From NCBI GenBank assembly GCA_034520945.1, contig JAXHNB010000002.1:128001-192000 (forward strand): a stretch of DNA of 64,000 bases, read 5' to 3'. Every line of letters begins with the position of its first letter. Positions within the stretch are counted from its first letter, which is position 1. Both the position numbers and the translations under genes were made by a program. Positions 1 to 12,620 of this stretch are shown in pieces. Below the pieces are notes generated by a model, which was given only the letters and a program-made list of their open reading frames with translations, ran no database searches and was not told the DNA's origin. Source of the DNA: Trueperaceae bacterium. Lineage in GTDB: Bacteria > Deinococcota > Deinococci > Deinococcales > Trueperaceae.

Positions 1-578
1 TCCAACGCGGCGTCGAGGGCCCGCTGCAGCGGCTCCCGCAGGGCCAGCAGGTCGGCTCTCGAAGGGGCACGGTAGAAGCCGCCCACCCGCACGTTGATCG
101 GGTGCACGGCGCGGCCGCCGACCGCCTCCATCAGTTGGTTGCCGACCTTCTTCAGGTGCAGGCCACGCTTCACCGCGTCCGGGTGGTCGCGCGCCATCTC
201 GACCGCGCCCTGGTAGCCCAGGAAGTCGGGCGCATGCAGCAGGTAGACGTGCAGGGCGTGGCTCTGGATCCACTCGCCGCAGTACAGCAGGCGCCGCAGC
301 TCGCGGACGGACGTGTCGACCTCCAGGCCTAGCGCGTCCTCGAGGGCGTTGCAGGCGCTGACCTGGTACGCGACGGGACAGATGCCGCAGATGCGGGCGG
401 TGATGTCGGGCGGCTCCAGGTACGACCGGCCGCGCAGGAACGCTTCGAAGAAGCGCGGTGGTTCGTAGATGTCCAGCCGCACCGTATCGACCCGCTCATC
501 GCGAACTTCGATCGTCATGGCGCCCTCGCCCTCGACCCGCGCCAGGGCGTCCACCTTCAGGGTTCTCGTGTCAAGCAT
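1..578 (-). CDS. hydA: [NiFe]-hydrogenase large (alpha) subunit, group 3b/sulfhydrogenase type; 3' part lies beyond the window edge
   Basis: Translated by hand from ATG at 578: [19 protein letters not shown]...[14 protein letters not shown]...[13 protein letters not shown]...[17 protein letters not shown]...[15 protein letters not shown]. Contains the RVEG and L1 RxCGxC motifs. Absent from the ORF track because it is open at the edge. Confidence 0.95.
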   Translation of the reverse strand, partial: MLDTRTLKVDALARVEGEGAMTIEVRDERVDTVRLDIYEPPRFFEAFLRGRSYLEPPDITARICGICPVAYQVSACNALEDALGLEVDTSVRELRRLLYCGEWIQSHALHVYLLHAPDFLGYQGAVEMARDHPDAVKRGLHLKKVGNQLMEAVGGRAVHPINVRVGGFYRAPSRADLLALREPLQRALDAAL

Positions 579-1353
579 GGCGGTCCCCCTCGGTGCGGAA
601 CGCCGTCGCGCCGGCGTTGAAGGTGCGCAGCGCCCGCTGAATCTCCTGGGGCGAGACGCCGAGCGCCTCGCCGAATCGGCGCGTCAGGGGCGCCGGGTGG
701 GCCGACTCCATCGGGCCGAAGCAGCCGTAGCAGCCGCGCTGCCAGGCCGGACAGATCGCACCGCAGCCGGCCTGCGTGATCGGTCCCAGGCAGGGCGTCC
801 CGGACGCCACCATCACGCACGGCGTGCCGCGGGCCTTGCACTCCACGCAGACGGCGTGCCGGGGCAGGACCGGCGCGCGGCCGTTCAGCACGGCCGTGAC
901 GAACTCCACCAGTTGCGCCTTCGAGATGGGGCAGCCACGAAGCTCGTGGTCGACGAACACGTGCTTGCCGATCGGGTCGGAGGTCGCTAGCGTCGACAAC
1001 CACGCCGGGTTCGGGTAGACGGCCTCCGCGAAGGCCCCTACGTCCGCGAAGTCGCGCAGCGCCTGAATCCCGCCGGCGGTGGCGCAGGCGCCGATCACCA
1101 CCAGCGTGGTCGAGGCGGCGCGGATCTGCTGGATCCGTTCGGCGTCCTCCGGCGTGGTGATCGACCCCTCGACCAGCGACAGGTCGTACGGTCCGGCGAC
1201 GGTGGCGCGGGTGGCCTCCAGGAAGTAGGCGATCTCGATCTGCTCGGCGATCGCCAGCAGCTCGTCCTCGCAGTCCAGCAGGGTCAGTTGGCAGCCGTCG
1301 CAGGAGGCGAACTTCCAGACGGCCAGTTTCGGCTTTGGACGGGTCGCGCCCAT
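571..1353 (-). CDS. hydD: [NiFe]-hydrogenase small (delta) subunit, NADH-quinone oxidoreductase 20 kDa-like
   Basis: [35 protein letters not shown] and CLGP...GCGAICP...CYGC Fe-S motifs; overlaps the start of the alpha-subunit gene. Confidence 0.93.
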   Translation of the reverse strand: MGATRPKPKLAVWKFASCDGCQLTLLDCEDELLAIAEQIEIAYFLEATRATVAGPYDLSLVEGSITTPEDAERIQQIRAASTTLVVIGACATAGGIQALRDFADVGAFAEAVYPNPAWLSTLATSDPIGKHVFVDHELRGCPISKAQLVEFVTAVLNGRAPVLPRHAVCVECKARGTPCVMVASGTPCLGPITQAGCGAICPAWQRGCYGCFGPMESAHPAPLTRRFGEALGVSPQEIQRALRTFNAGATAFRTEGDRHA

Positions 1354-1355
1354 GC

Positions 1356-2225
1356 TCACACCTCCGGCACGCCGAAGATCGACGCGATCTCGGGATAGGG
1401 GTAGACCGGACCGTCCTTGCAGACGAAGCTCGGTCCGTATTGGCAATGCCCGCACAGGCCGACGGCGCACTTCATGTTCCGCTCCATGGAGACGAACACG
1501 TCGTCGCCGGCGACGCCGCGCTTCGCCAGCTCCTGGGTCGTGAAGCGCATCATGATCTCCGGGCCGCAGGTCAGCGACACGGTATTGCGCGGGTCGAACG
1601 GCGCGCGCGGGATCAGCTTCGTCACGACGCCGACGTTGCCGCGCCAGTCGCCCGTGGCGCGGTCGACCGTGACGTGGACCTCCAGGTCGAAGCGGGCGCG
1701 CCAGGCCTCCAGCTCCTCCCAGTACAGGATGTCCTCGGGCGTGCGGGCGCCGTAGAGCAGCACGATCTTGCCGAAGCGGTCGCGGGCACCCAGCATCGCG
1801 TACAGCGCGGGGCGCAAGGGGGCCAGCCCGATGCCGCCGGTGACGATGACGACGTCCTTGCCCTCGGCCGCGCTGAGGGGCCAGCCGTGGCCGAACGGGC
1901 CACGGACTCCGATGGTGTCGCCCGGCCGGAGGTTGCTCATCGCCCGCGTCACCGTGCCGACGACGCGCGTGGTGTGCAGCAGACGCGAGGTGTCGGCGGG
2001 ATCGCTGCTGATGGAGATGGGGATCTCGCCCACCCCGAACACGTAGAGCATGTTGAACTGGCCCGGCTCGAACGACAGCACCGAGCCCGTGGGCGCGTGG
2101 AGATCGAGCGTGAAGGTGTCGTGGTTGTCCTGATGGAAGGCATCGACCGTATAGAGCGTCGGCATCATCGGGTCGACCCTGGCGGGGGCTTGCCCGGGCA
2201 TCGGAGTGGCGCCTGAATCAGCCAC
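1356..2225 (-). CDS. hydG: Sulfhydrogenase gamma subunit (FAD/NAD(P)-binding, 2Fe-2S; AsrB-like)
   Basis: PGQF...GEIPISI, RGPFG, GGIGLAP, CGPEIMM and [14 protein letters not shown]...CKDGPV motifs. Start taken as GTG 2225; ATG 2201 is an alternative. Confidence 0.92.
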   Translation of the reverse strand: MADSGATPMPGQAPARVDPMMPTLYTVDAFHQDNHDTFTLDLHAPTGSVLSFEPGQFNMLYVFGVGEIPISISSDPADTSRLLHTTRVVGTVTRAMSNLRPGDTIGVRGPFGHGWPLSAAEGKDVVIVTGGIGLAPLRPALYAMLGARDRFGKIVLLYGARTPEDILYWEELEAWRARFDLEVHVTVDRATGDWRGNVGVVTKLIPRAPFDPRNTVSLTCGPEIMMRFTTQELAKRGVAGDDVFVSMERNMKCAVGLCGHCQYGPSFVCKDGPVYPYPEIASIFGVPEV

Positions 2226-2715
2226 GATGCCCCTCGCCCTCCGCGCGGGTCGGCGCATCTCCGTACAGGTCGAGGAGTTGCAGCCGCGTCGCCTGGAGCC
2301 GCTCGCCGATGATGTGGGCGAAGCGCTGAAGTAGCTCGTAGCCGAGCCTCGGGTCCTCATCGCACTTGCGGCGCAGGCAGACGCCGTCCATGGCCACCGC
2401 GCGCGTCGGCGTCAGCACCCGCGCGTCGAAGCGTTTGGTGTGCGGTGGCACCAGCCACGACCATCCCAGGATGTCGCCCCCGTGAAGCGTCTGGATGGCG
2501 AGCGGGCCCTGCGGGGCGCGAATCTCCAGGCGCACGTCGCCGTCGCGGAGGAGATGGAAGTGGGTCGCCTCGTCGCCCTCCCTGAAGATGAACGCGCCGG
2601 GCTCGAAGACGACGTTCTGTCCGCAGCCTGCGATCAGGTCGATATCGGCGTCCGGCAACGCACCGAAGAACGGGTGCTCGGCGATCAGATCTCGGATCGT
2701 CTTCTCCGTCGTCAT
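2218..2715 (-). CDS. Cyclic-nucleotide-binding (Crp-type effector) domain protein inside the hydrogenase operon
   Basis: HPFF...[14 protein letters not shown]...GDILGWSWL cNMP-binding fold without an HTH; a usual member of bacterial group 3b operons. Confidence 0.88.
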   Translation of the reverse strand: MTTEKTIRDLIAEHPFFGALPDADIDLIAGCGQNVVFEPGAFIFREGDEATHFHLLRDGDVRLEIRAPQGPLAIQTLHGGDILGWSWLVPPHTKRFDARVLTPTRAVAMDGVCLRRKCDEDPRLGYELLQRFAHIIGERLQATRLQLLDLYGDAPTRAEGEGHRG

Positions 2716-2716
2716 G

Positions 2717-3865
<1,149 letters not shown>

Positions 3866-4091
3866 GGTGGCGCCTCCTTCGCGCTTCGTATCCAAAGCCT
3901 ATGCAGACGAGACGCGCGGCGGGGAGGGGCGTTTCCGACCTCGGGCGTACGGGAAACTCCTACCCTCTCCGGCGGGCCGCCGCACCGGATCCGACAGACG
4001 AATGCCCCTCCACGTTGCCCCTTTGGAGGCGTAGCTTGGCGTGAAAGGAGCGTCCCATGTCCGGAGGCGCCTCGTGGGATGGGAGGATGCC

Positions 4092-4310
4092 GTGTGCGCG
4101 TTGTTGATCACGCTCGGTAGCGCCATGTTGCTGGTCGGAATCGTGCTGATCATCAGGTTCTTCGTGGGGCGGGGACCGAACCTACCGGACGAGGCAGGAA
4201 CGGGCCGGACCGAATCCATGATCTTCGGGGCCCTGCTGGTCGCATTGGGGCCGCTGCTGCTGTTCCTGGGGCTGACCGAGGCGGTGTGCCGGGCGTTCGG
4301 GCTCGGCTGA
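4092..4310 (+). CDS. Small two-helix membrane protein of unknown function
   Basis: GGAGG 5 nt before GTG 4092; two hydrophobic segments (ALLITLGSAMLLVGIVLII and MIFGALLVALGPLLLFLGL). Confidence 0.55.
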   Translation: MCALLITLGSAMLLVGIVLIIRFFVGRGPNLPDEAGTGRTESMIFGALLVALGPLLLFLGLTEAVCRAFGLG

Positions 4311-4532
4311 ACGGTCGAGGTTCCGTGGCGTCGCGTTCTCCTGGGTGGGACGCCTCTGGCAGCGGGACTGTGACGGCGAGGAGCGTGACGGTGGCTGACG
4401 CACCGCCTGCTGCGACGGACGGGCCTCGCCATGCGGAGAACCACGCGGGCCCGCGATCCTTGTCACCATGGCGGTGACCGGCCTGGCGCCGACGTCGCCA
4501 GGCACGCGCAGTACCACGAAGGAGGGATTCCC

Positions 4533-5009
4533 ATGGCGTTCGCGCTCTCCGACATGCACGTCGCCAGTACGGCCTTCGCGCCGCACGGCAAGATCCCCGC
4601 CCGGCACAGCGGCGAGGGGGAGGACCTCTCCCCGCCGCTGTCGTGGAGCGGCGCACCCGAGGGCACGCGCTCGTTCGCGGTGATCTGCCACGACCCCGAC
4701 GCGCCCCTGGTGAAATCCGGAACGTACGGATTCGTGCACTGGGTGCTGTACGGCCTTCCCGCCAGCACCACGGCGCTGGAGGAGGGCACCACGCAGGGCG
4801 TGAACGGCAGCACCGACTTCGGCCGTTCCGGCTACGGCGGCCCCAAGCCGCCGCAGGGGCACGGCACGCACCACTACTTCTTCTGGGTGCTGGCCCTGGA
4901 CGCGGAGCTGGACCTGCCGCCCGACCTGGACCTTCCCTCGTTCCTGGAGAAGGTGGAACCGCACCTGCTGGGCATGAACCGGCTGGTGGGCACCTACCGG
5001 ATCGATTGA
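4533..5009 (+). CDS. YbhB/YbcL family (PEBP/RKIP-like) protein
   Basis: G.D.SPPLSW, DPDAP, FVHWV, GYGGPKPP.GHG.HHY.F motifs; GGAGG RBS. Confidence 0.93.
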   Translation: MAFALSDMHVASTAFAPHGKIPARHSGEGEDLSPPLSWSGAPEGTRSFAVICHDPDAPLVKSGTYGFVHWVLYGLPASTTALEEGTTQGVNGSTDFGRSGYGGPKPPQGHGTHHYFFWVLALDAELDLPPDLDLPSFLEKVEPHLLGMNRLVGTYRID

Positions 5010-5041
5010 CGCAGCTCCGGCCGACCCCGTCGTAACCGATC

Positions 5042-5068
5042 GCACCCCCGGCGAACTCGCGGGGGTGC
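5042..5068 (+). terminator. GC-rich hairpin downstream of the YbhB-family gene
   Basis: gcacccc...ggggtgc inverted repeat just after the stop codon; no U tract. Confidence 0.35.
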
Positions 5069-5207
5069 ACGCGTGCGGCGCCACCGATCGTCCACCTTTC
5101 GGCGGAGGCCCGGATGGCGCCGTCCGCCTACCATGGGCCGATGGGCGCGACGCTCGGACGTGTTCCCCAGCAGCCGCACCCTGCACGAATCCGAAAGGTG
5201 GCCCGAG

Positions 5208-5570
5208 ATGTCCCACGACGCGACGCACGACGATCACACCCAGGCCGACGCGACCGGCGGCGCCGAGCAAAGCGCGACCGGCCCACGCACCTTCACCGAA
5301 GAGTTCCGCGTCACCGGCGACGCGCTGCTCAGCAAGGTCAAGGCCTTGGTGCGCGAAGGCAACATCCGGCGCATCATCCTCAAGAACGACGAGGGCCGCA
5401 CCCTGGTCGAGATCCCGCTGACCCTCGGCGTGATCGGCACGGCGCTGCTGCCGGTGTGGGCCGCCATCGGCGCCATCGCGGCGTTGGTCGCCAACCTCAC
5501 CCTGACCGTGGTGCGGGTGGAGGACACCGCCACGCCGGAGGAGGAGCCGCCGGCGGAAACGGCGGCGTAA
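5208..5570 (+). CDS. DUF4342-domain protein
   Basis: EEF.VTG..L..KVK.LVREGNIRRIILKN..G.TLVEIPLT.G pattern followed by a hydrophobic stretch. Confidence 0.85.
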   Translation: MSHDATHDDHTQADATGGAEQSATGPRTFTEEFRVTGDALLSKVKALVREGNIRRIILKNDEGRTLVEIPLTLGVIGTALLPVWAAIGAIAALVANLTLTVVRVEDTATPEEEPPAETAA

Positions 5571-5674
5571 CACCGCGCCAGGCAGGCGAGCGGCCGAATG
5601 CGCCGTGACGCCGACCCTGGAACAAGGACACTCGTCTCTGGCCCGCCCCGCCCCGGGGTGGTGTGCTTTCCCCT

Positions 5675-5690
5675 GAGGGACACGTCCCTC
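5675..5690. promoter_or_regulatory. 7-2-7 inverted repeat upstream of ppsA (candidate transcription-factor site)
   Basis: GAGGGAC-AC-GTCCCTC in the intergenic region. Confidence 0.3.
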
Positions 5691-5865
5691 CTCGAAGCGC
5701 CGAGCCTGCCTGCACCCGTGAGGAGCGGGCGTATCCCGACCACGGCTCCGTCCGTGGATGGGAGGTGATGCCGCGACGTCTGGACCCATCGTGGCCCGGC
5801 GTGGCGCTGCACGGCACGGCCTGCAGCGACGCCGGTCGAACCCCTAGGCGACGAGGAGGAGCGAC

Positions 5866-8262
5866 ATGACAGCGACGTTCGTACGTTGGTTCGAGGACCT
5901 CGGCAAGGGCGACGTGCCCGAGGTCGGCGGCAAGAACGCGTCCCTGGGGGAAATGATCCGCGAATTGGGCCAAGAGGGGATCCGCGTGCCCGGCGGGTTC
6001 GCGACCAGCGCGGCGGCGTACCGCCGCTACGTCGCGGCCAATGGGATCGAGGCCGAGATGCGGCGGCATCTGGCCGATCTCGAATCGGGCGAACGGCCCC
6101 TGCACGAGGTCGGCAAGGCGGTCCGGCGGCTGTTCCTGCAGGGCGAGTTCCCCGACGACCTGCGCTCGGCGATCGGCGAGGCGTACGGCACGCTGTCCGA
6201 GCGCTGGGACAGCGACCACGTCGACGTGGCGGTGCGCAGCAGCGCCACCGCCGAGGACCTGCCCACCGCCAGCTTCGCGGGTCAACAGGAGACGTTCCTC
6301 AACATCAGCGGTGAAAACCAACTGCTGGAGGCGTGCCGGCGCTGCTACGCCTCCTTGTTCACCGACCGGGCGATCAGCTACCGGCAGAGCCAAGGGTTCG
6401 ACCATATGGAGGTCGCCCTGTCGATCGGCGTGCAGAAGATGGTGCGCAGCGACAAGGCCTCCTCGGGCGTGATGTTCAGCATCGACACCGAGACCGGCTT
6501 CCAGAACCTGGTGCTCATCAACGCCGCCTGGGGCCTGGGCGAAACGGTGGTGCAGGGCGCCGTCAACCCCGACGAGTACGCCGTGTTCAAGCCGCTCTTG
6601 GACAAAGACGGCCTGGTGCCCATCGTGGCCAAGGACCTCGGCTCCAAAGAGGTCAAGATGGTGTACACCAGTGGGGGGACGGCGACCACCAAGACCCAGG
6701 ACACCAGCACGCAGGAACGAAGCAGCTTCGTGCTGAACGACGAGGAGATCCTGCAGTTGGCCCGTTGGGCGTGCATCATCGAACGTCACTACGACTGTCC
6801 CATGGACATCGAGTGGGCCAAGGACGGGGACACCGGCAAGCTGTTCATCGTCCAGGCGCGACCCGAGACGGTGCAATCCCAGCGCGAGGCGGCGGCGCTG
6901 AAGAGCTACCGCCTGAAGGAGCACGGCACGCCGTTGGTCGAAGGGCTCGCCATCGGCGAGGCGATCGTGGGCGGCAAGGTGCAGGTCATCGAGCGCGCCG
7001 ACGAGATCGGCCGCTTCGAGGACGGCGCCATCCTGGTCACCGGCATGACCGACCCCGACTGGGTGCCGATCATGAAGCGCGCCTCGGCGATCGTCACCGA
7101 TCACGGCGGCCGCACCTGCCACGCCGCCATCGTGAGCCGCGAGCTGGGCATCCCGGCCCTGGCCGGCACCGGCAACGCCACACAAGTGCTGAAGGACGGG
7201 CAGGAGGTCACGCTGTCCTGCGCCGAAGGCGATCACGGCTTCGTGTACGAGGGCCTGCTGGACTACGAGGAGACGGAGCTCGACCTGAGCGACCTGCCCG
7301 AGCCCCGCACGCGGGTGATGATGAACATCGCCGATCCCGCCGCGGCGATCCGCTGGTGGCGGCTGCCCTGCCGGGGCATCGGCCTGGCGCGCATGGAGTT
7401 CATCATCAACAACGTCATCAAGGTGCACCCGATGGCGCTCGTCAAGTTCGACCAACTGGAGGACGGGCCCGCCAAGCGCGAGATCGCCCGCCTGACCCGC
7501 GGCTACGACGACAAGCCGGAGTACTTCGTCGATCACCTGGCCCGCGGCATCGCCAAGATCGCCGCGTCGCACTACCCCGAGCCGGTCATCGTGCGCATGA
7601 GCGACTTCAAGACCAACGAGTACGCCGACCTGATCGGCGGCGCGGGGTTCGAGCCGCACGAGTCCAACCCCATGCTGGGCTTCCGGGGGGCGTCGCGCTA
7701 CTACAACGAGCGCTACGAGCCGGGCTTCGCGCTGGAGTGCCGCGCCTTGGCGCGCGTGCGCGACGAGATCGGCCTGGACAACGTCGTCGCCATGATCCCG
7801 TTCTGCCGCACGTTGGCGGAGGCGGACCGGGTCCTGGAGGTGATGGCGGACCACGGCTTGCGGCGCGGCGAGCGCGGCCTCGAGGTGTACGTGATGGCGG
7901 AGCTGCCCTCCAACATCGTGCTGGCACGCGAGTTCGCGGAACGCTTCGACGGGTTCTCGATCGGGTCGAACGACCTGACGCAGCTGGTGCTCGGCATCGA
8001 CCGCGACTCCGCCGCGTTGGCCGATCTGTTCGACGAGCGCGACGAGGCGGTCAAGCGCTCCATTCGCACCTTGATCGAGGAGGCGCACGCCGTAGGGTCC
8101 AAGGTCGGGATCTGCGGCCAGGCGCCGTCGGACTACCCCGAGTTCGCGGCGTTCCTGATCCAGTGCGGCATCGACTCGATCTCGCTGAACCCCGACAGCG
8201 TCGTCGAGGTGATCCGCCGGATCGCCAAGGAGGAGGAGACGCAAGGGCCCGTGGCGGCCTGA
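5866..8262 (+). CDS. ppsA: Phosphoenolpyruvate synthase (pyruvate, water dikinase)
   Basis: GGKNASLGEM, VAVRSSATAEDLP.ASFAGQQ, DIEWAKDG, GGRTCHAAIVSRELG (phospho-His), FSIGSNDLTQL and GICGQ motifs. Confidence 0.97.
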   Translation: MTATFVRWFEDLGKGDVPEVGGKNASLGEMIRELGQEGIRVPGGFATSAAAYRRYVAANGIEAEMRRHLADLESGERPLHEVGKAVRRLFLQGEFPDDLRSAIGEAYGTLSERWDSDHVDVAVRSSATAEDLPTASFAGQQETFLNISGENQLLEACRRCYASLFTDRAISYRQSQGFDHMEVALSIGVQKMVRSDKASSGVMFSIDTETGFQNLVLINAAWGLGETVVQGAVNPDEYAVFKPLLDKDGLVPIVAKDLGSKEVKMVYTSGGTATTKTQDTSTQERSSFVLNDEEILQLARWACIIERHYDCPMDIEWAKDGDTGKLFIVQARPETVQSQREAAALKSYRLKEHGTPLVEGLAIGEAIVGGKVQVIERADEIGRFEDGAILVTGMTDPDWVPIMKRASAIVTDHGGRTCHAAIVSRELGIPALAGTGNATQVLKDGQEVTLSCAEGDHGFVYEGLLDYEETELDLSDLPEPRTRVMMNIADPAAAIRWWRLPCRGIGLARMEFIINNVIKVHPMALVKFDQLEDGPAKREIARLTRGYDDKPEYFVDHLARGIAKIAASHYPEPVIVRMSDFKTNEYADLIGGAGFEPHESNPMLGFRGASRYYNERYEPGFALECRALARVRDEIGLDNVVAMIPFCRTLAEADRVLEVMADHGLRRGERGLEVYVMAELPSNIVLAREFAERFDGFSIGSNDLTQLVLGIDRDSAALADLFDERDEAVKRSIRTLIEEAHAVGSKVGICGQAPSDYPEFAAFLIQCGIDSISLNPDSVVEVIRRIAKEEETQGPVAA

Positions 8263-8338
8263 AGGGGGAAGCGCCGGCGCGCGTGCTCGTCACGCCCACG
8301 GGGGCGCGCGCCGGCCGACCTCGGCGGCGCGCGGCGTC

Positions 8339-8809
8339 TCACGCCGTGCGGTCCGCCTCCGGATCGTGCTTGACGATCAGGACCGGGCACGGGGCGAACT
8401 CCAGCACCCGTTCCGCCACCGAGCCCAGCAGCACGCGGGTGCGCGGGCGGCGCCCGACGTGCCCCATCACGATCAACTCGACGTCGTGATGGCGTGCGCG
8501 GCCGACGATCTCCTCGAACGGGTCGCCGCGCCGCACCTCGGACGCCACCGATAGCTCCATGCGCTCCGCTTCGCCGCTCAGGACGCGCACGTAGCGTTCG
8601 CCTTGCTGCTGCAACTCGCGGCGGACCTCCTCGAGCTCGCGTTGCTCGAAGCGCCGCAGCTCCTCGCACAACAGTAGGTCGATCACGTACAGCAGGAACA
8701 GCTTCGCATCGAACGTGCGCGCCATGCGAAACGCCAAGCGGGCGGCGGCCACCGAGGCGTCCGAGCCGTCGGTCGGGATCAGGATTCGGCGAAACAGACG
8801 TTCAGGCAT
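8339..8809 (-). CDS. Universal stress protein (UspA family)
   Basis: RILIPTDGS, G.P.EEI, LIVMG and LGSVAERVL.FAPCPVLIV motifs; overlaps the end of the V-ATPase subunit D gene. Confidence 0.93.
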   Translation of the reverse strand: MPERLFRRILIPTDGSDASVAAARLAFRMARTFDAKLFLLYVIDLLLCEELRRFEQRELEEVRRELQQQGERYVRVLSGEAERMELSVASEVRRGDPFEEIVGRARHHDVELIVMGHVGRRPRTRVLLGSVAERVLEFAPCPVLIVKHDPEADRTA

Positions 8810-9449
8810 CAGGATCCTCCGATCGTTCCTCGGTGAGGCGTGCCTTGACGCGCTTGCCGCGCACGAACGACTCGCGCTCGGCCTCTTCGAGCGTGGCTTC
8901 GACGCCGCGGATCGCCGCCTCCTTCTCGGGAATCAGCATCTTCTCCAGCGCATTCACGCGCCGTTGGGTGCGGGCCAGTTCCGCCGCCACGCGCCATACG
9001 GCGCCGTAGGTCTCGGCCCACACGTCCAGGGCTTCGATGACGTCCAACCAGCGACGACGCGCCTCGTCGAGCTCGACGGGGGTGCCGCCCGCGCTGGTCG
9101 TCAACGGTTCTGGGCGCACGTGCAGCGTGACCTTGGGCAGCACCACGCCCATCAGGTTGCGGGTGTCGACGGTGCAACGCGTGTCCGCCGAAGGGGCGAG
9201 AAGGGCCGAATGCACCACGTCGCTACCGGCGTCGAGCCGTGCGTCCCGAAGGGCCTGGTGTGCAGCGTCGAAGCGCAGGCGGATCCGGTCCTCGTGCTGA
9301 CGCACGGCGCGCATGAGGTCCCACACCTCGCGTAGCAGTACCTCGCGTTTGCGTTCCAGCAGCGCGTGCCCATCGCGCGCCTCGGACAACGACTGCCGCA
9401 GGTACAGCAGCGTCGCCCGGGTGTGCGGAAGGTCGGCGTCACGAGCCAT
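8802..9449 (-). CDS. V/A-type ATP synthase subunit D
   Basis: TRATLL.L...[14 protein letters not shown] and [17 protein letters not shown] motifs; last ATPase gene of the operon. Confidence 0.93.
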   Translation of the reverse strand: MARDADLPHTRATLLYLRQSLSEARDGHALLERKREVLLREVWDLMRAVRQHEDRIRLRFDAAHQALRDARLDAGSDVVHSALLAPSADTRCTVDTRNLMGVVLPKVTLHVRPEPLTTSAGGTPVELDEARRRWLDVIEALDVWAETYGAVWRVAAELARTQRRVNALEKMLIPEKEAAIRGVEATLEEAERESFVRGKRVKARLTEERSEDPDA

Positions 9450-10854
9450 CGGAGGCGGGCTCCAGGCTTCCGCGGTACCGCGCGCGCAGTTCGTCTTCGG
9501 ACAGGCGGTGCAGCTCGTCGGCGGGCAGTTCGGACAACGCCTCCCAGGCGACGTCCAGGGTCTCCTCGAAGCTACGCGAGGTGTCGCGCGGCTGCGCCAG
9601 CAGGCGGTTCTCGAACGCGTCCCCGAACGTCAGATAGGTCCGGTCCGTGCCCGACAGGGCGCTCTCCCCGATGATGACCGCCAGGTTGCGGACCTCACGG
9701 ACACGGGCGTACGAGGCGAACAGTTGCGCCGCGACGTCGGCGTGGTCTTCGCGCGTGCGCCCCGCGCCGATGCCGTCCTTCATCAGCCTGGAAAGCGACG
9801 CCGGCACGTCCACCGGCGGGTAGACGCCCTGCCGGTGGAGGGCGCGCGAAAGCACGATCTGCCCCTCCGTGATGTAGCCGGTCAGGTCGGGAATGGGATG
9901 GGTGAGGTCGTCGCCCGGCATGGACAGCACCGGGATCTGCGTCAGCGATCCGGGGCGGCCCCGCACCCGGCCGCACCGTTCGTACAGGCTCGCCAGATCC
10001 GTGTACAGGTAGCCGGGATAGCCCTTGCGGCCCGGCACCTCGTTCTTCCGGGCGGACAGCTCGCGCAACGCTTCGGCGTAATTGGTCATGTCCGTCATCA
10101 GCGTCAGCACGTGCATCCCGTGCTCGAACGCGAGGTACTCGGCCAGCGTGAGGGCCGCCCGGGGCGTCACGATCCGTTCCATCGGCGCGTCGTCGGCCAG
10201 GTTCAGGAACAGTGCGGTTCGACTCAGCATGCCCGTGGAGGCGAACCGTTCCCGGAAGTACGCGGCGGTGTCGTACGAGATGCCGAGCGCCACGAACACC
10301 ACCGCGAAGTCCGAGTGCCGCCCCTCGTCCGCGCCGCGCGCCGTTTCGCCGAGGCGTGCCTGCAAGGCGATCTGCGACGCGATCTCGTCGTGGGGAAGAC
10401 CCGCCGCCGAGAAGATCGGGAGCTTCTGCCCGCGCACCAAGGTGTTGAGCCCGTCGATGGCGGACATGCCGGTCTCGATCACGTCGTGCGGGTAGGCGCG
10501 CGCCGTGGGGTTCAGGGGGGCACCATGCACGTCCAGCCACGCTTCGGGAACCGGGGGCGGAAGCCCGTCGCGGGGCCGGCCCAGGCCGTCGAAGGTGCGC
10601 CCCAGCATCTCGCGGGCGACGCCCAGGTGCAGCGTTTCGCCGCGGAAGCGCACGCGGAGGTCGTGGGCGCGCAGACCGGTGGTGTCGCCCCACAACTCGA
10701 CGACGGTGACGTCGCTGCCGGCCGACAGCACCTCCCCCAGCCGCGTGCCCGTCGGGGAGGTGACCTCCACGACCTCGCCGTAGGCCGCGTGGCCCACGTC
10801 CCTCAACACCAGAAGGGGGCCGTTCAGCTGGTCGGCGCGGGCGACGTCGATCAT
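9439..10854 (-). CDS. V/A-type ATP synthase subunit B
   Basis: [47 protein letters not shown] and [16 protein letters not shown] motifs; ATGA overlap with subunit A. Confidence 0.96.
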   Translation of the reverse strand: MIDVARADQLNGPLLVLRDVGHAAYGEVVEVTSPTGTRLGEVLSAGSDVTVVELWGDTTGLRAHDLRVRFRGETLHLGVAREMLGRTFDGLGRPRDGLPPPVPEAWLDVHGAPLNPTARAYPHDVIETGMSAIDGLNTLVRGQKLPIFSAAGLPHDEIASQIALQARLGETARGADEGRHSDFAVVFVALGISYDTAAYFRERFASTGMLSRTALFLNLADDAPMERIVTPRAALTLAEYLAFEHGMHVLTLMTDMTNYAEALRELSARKNEVPGRKGYPGYLYTDLASLYERCGRVRGRPGSLTQIPVLSMPGDDLTHPIPDLTGYITEGQIVLSRALHRQGVYPPVDVPASLSRLMKDGIGAGRTREDHADVAAQLFASYARVREVRNLAVIIGESALSGTDRTYLTFGDAFENRLLAQPRDTSRSFEETLDVAWEALSELPADELHRLSEDELRARYRGSLEPASDGS

Positions 10855-12620
10855 GCGGGTCGCACCTCCTCGACCTCCTGGCGGAGGGCGTTCAGGGTCC
10901 GGAAGGTCGATCGCGCGACCTCGTCGATCTCGCCGGCGTCCTCCGCCGACTCCTTGAGGCGCGTCAGTGTGGCGCGGTCGAGGTTTTCGCGCAGGCGCAG
11001 CAGCGGCACGCCGGCTTCGATCAGGTCGGCGCCCAGCTCGTGCAGCTCGACGAAGAACGCCAACAGCCGGGCCTGCTTGGCCGGCTCGCAGAACGCGTCG
11101 ACGTCGTGCAGGGCGTTCTGGCGCAAGAATCCCTCCTTGAGGAGCTCGGCCGCCGCCAGCACCCACCGTTGCCGGTCGGGCAGCGCTTCGGCGCCCACCA
11201 GGTGCACCATCTGCTCCAGCCGGGCGTCCTCCTCGAGCACGTCGCCGGCGCGCCGGCGCAGGTCGAGCCAGTCCGATCCGGTCGTCTCGCGCCACCACGG
11301 CGCCACCGCGTCCGTGTAGAAGGTGTAGCTGCGGCGCCAACTCACGGCCGGGTAGTGGCGCGCGCTGGCGAGGTCGCGGTCCAGCGCCCAGAACGCCCGC
11401 GTGAAGCGTTGCGTGTGCTGCGTGACCGGTTCGGTGAAGTCGCCGCCGGGCGGGCTGACCGATCCGATGACCGTCACCGACCCCTCGTCACCGCCGAGGG
11501 TGGTGACGTGGCCCGCCCGCTCGTAGAAGGCCGCCAGGCGGGAGGGGAGGTAGGCGGGGTAGCCCTCCTCGGCCGGCATCTCCTCCAGTCGCCCCGCGAT
11601 CTCGCGCAGCGCTTCGGCCCAGCGCGAGGTGGAGTCGGCCATCATGGCCACGTGAAACCCCTGGTCGCGGTAGTACTCGGCCAGCGTGATGCCGGTGTAG
11701 ATGCTGGCTTCGCGGGCGGCGACCGGCATGTTGGAGGTGTTCGCCACCAGGATGGTGCGTTCCATCAGCGGGCGCCCACTGCGTGGGTCGACCAACGCCG
11801 GGAACTCCTCCAGGACTTGGATCATCTCGTTGCCGCGCTCGCCGCAACCGACGTAGACGATCACGTCGGCGTCGGACCACTTGGCCAAGGAGTGCTGCAG
11901 CACCGTCTTGCCGGCCCCGAACGGGCCCGGAAGCGCGGCCGTGCCGCCGCGCGTGAGGGGGAAGAAGGTGTCCAGCACGCGCTGGCCGGTCACCATCGGC
12001 CGGTCGGGTTCCAGGCGGGCACGGCTGGGGCGCGGGCGGCGCACCGGCCAGCGATGGGCCAACCGCACGATGTGCTCGGCGCCGCCGGCGGTTTCGAGGC
12101 GCGCCACCTCGTCCTCGGCGCCCAGTTCGCCCTCCCCCGCCACGCGCTTTACCGTGCCGGACGCCTCAGGCGGGACCAGCACCCGATGCGTCACCAACGG
12201 CGTCTCTGGGACCGTGCCCAGCACCGCGCCGGGACCTACCTCGTCGCCGGCGCGCACGTTCGGCGTGAACGGCCAGCGCCGCGAAAACAGCTGCGCCGTG
12301 GCGCCGCGACGGAGGTAGATGCCCCCTTCGTCGCGCAACGCCTCGAGGGGACGCTGGATGCCGTCCACCGTCGCCCCCACGAGGCCGGGCCCCAGCAGGA
12401 CCGACAACGGGTGGCCGGTCCCCTCCACGGGCTCCCCGGGGCGCAGGCCGCTGGTCTCCTCGTAGATTTGGACGGTGGCCCTGGCGCCGTCGATGGAGAT
12501 CACCTCCGCCGCCAGCCGGTCGTGTCCGACCCACACGTGTTCCAACACCCCGACGGGCGCGTGGGTGCGCATCCGTGCGATCGGTCCCGAGATCCGCTCC
12601 AAGGTGCCGACCACGCTCAT
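10851..12620 (-). CDS. V/A-type ATP synthase catalytic subunit A
   Basis: Walker [43 protein letters not shown] and PPGGDF.EPV motifs. Confidence 0.97.
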   Translation of the reverse strand: MSVVGTLERISGPIARMRTHAPVGVLEHVWVGHDRLAAEVISIDGARATVQIYEETSGLRPGEPVEGTGHPLSVLLGPGLVGATVDGIQRPLEALRDEGGIYLRRGATAQLFSRRWPFTPNVRAGDEVGPGAVLGTVPETPLVTHRVLVPPEASGTVKRVAGEGELGAEDEVARLETAGGAEHIVRLAHRWPVRRPRPSRARLEPDRPMVTGQRVLDTFFPLTRGGTAALPGPFGAGKTVLQHSLAKWSDADVIVYVGCGERGNEMIQVLEEFPALVDPRSGRPLMERTILVANTSNMPVAAREASIYTGITLAEYYRDQGFHVAMMADSTSRWAEALREIAGRLEEMPAEEGYPAYLPSRLAAFYERAGHVTTLGGDEGSVTVIGSVSPPGGDFTEPVTQHTQRFTRAFWALDRDLASARHYPAVSWRRSYTFYTDAVAPWWRETTGSDWLDLRRRAGDVLEEDARLEQMVHLVGAEALPDRQRWVLAAAELLKEGFLRQNALHDVDAFCEPAKQARLLAFFVELHELGADLIEAGVPLLRLRENLDRATLTRLKESAEDAGEIDEVARSTFRTLNALRQEVEEVRPA

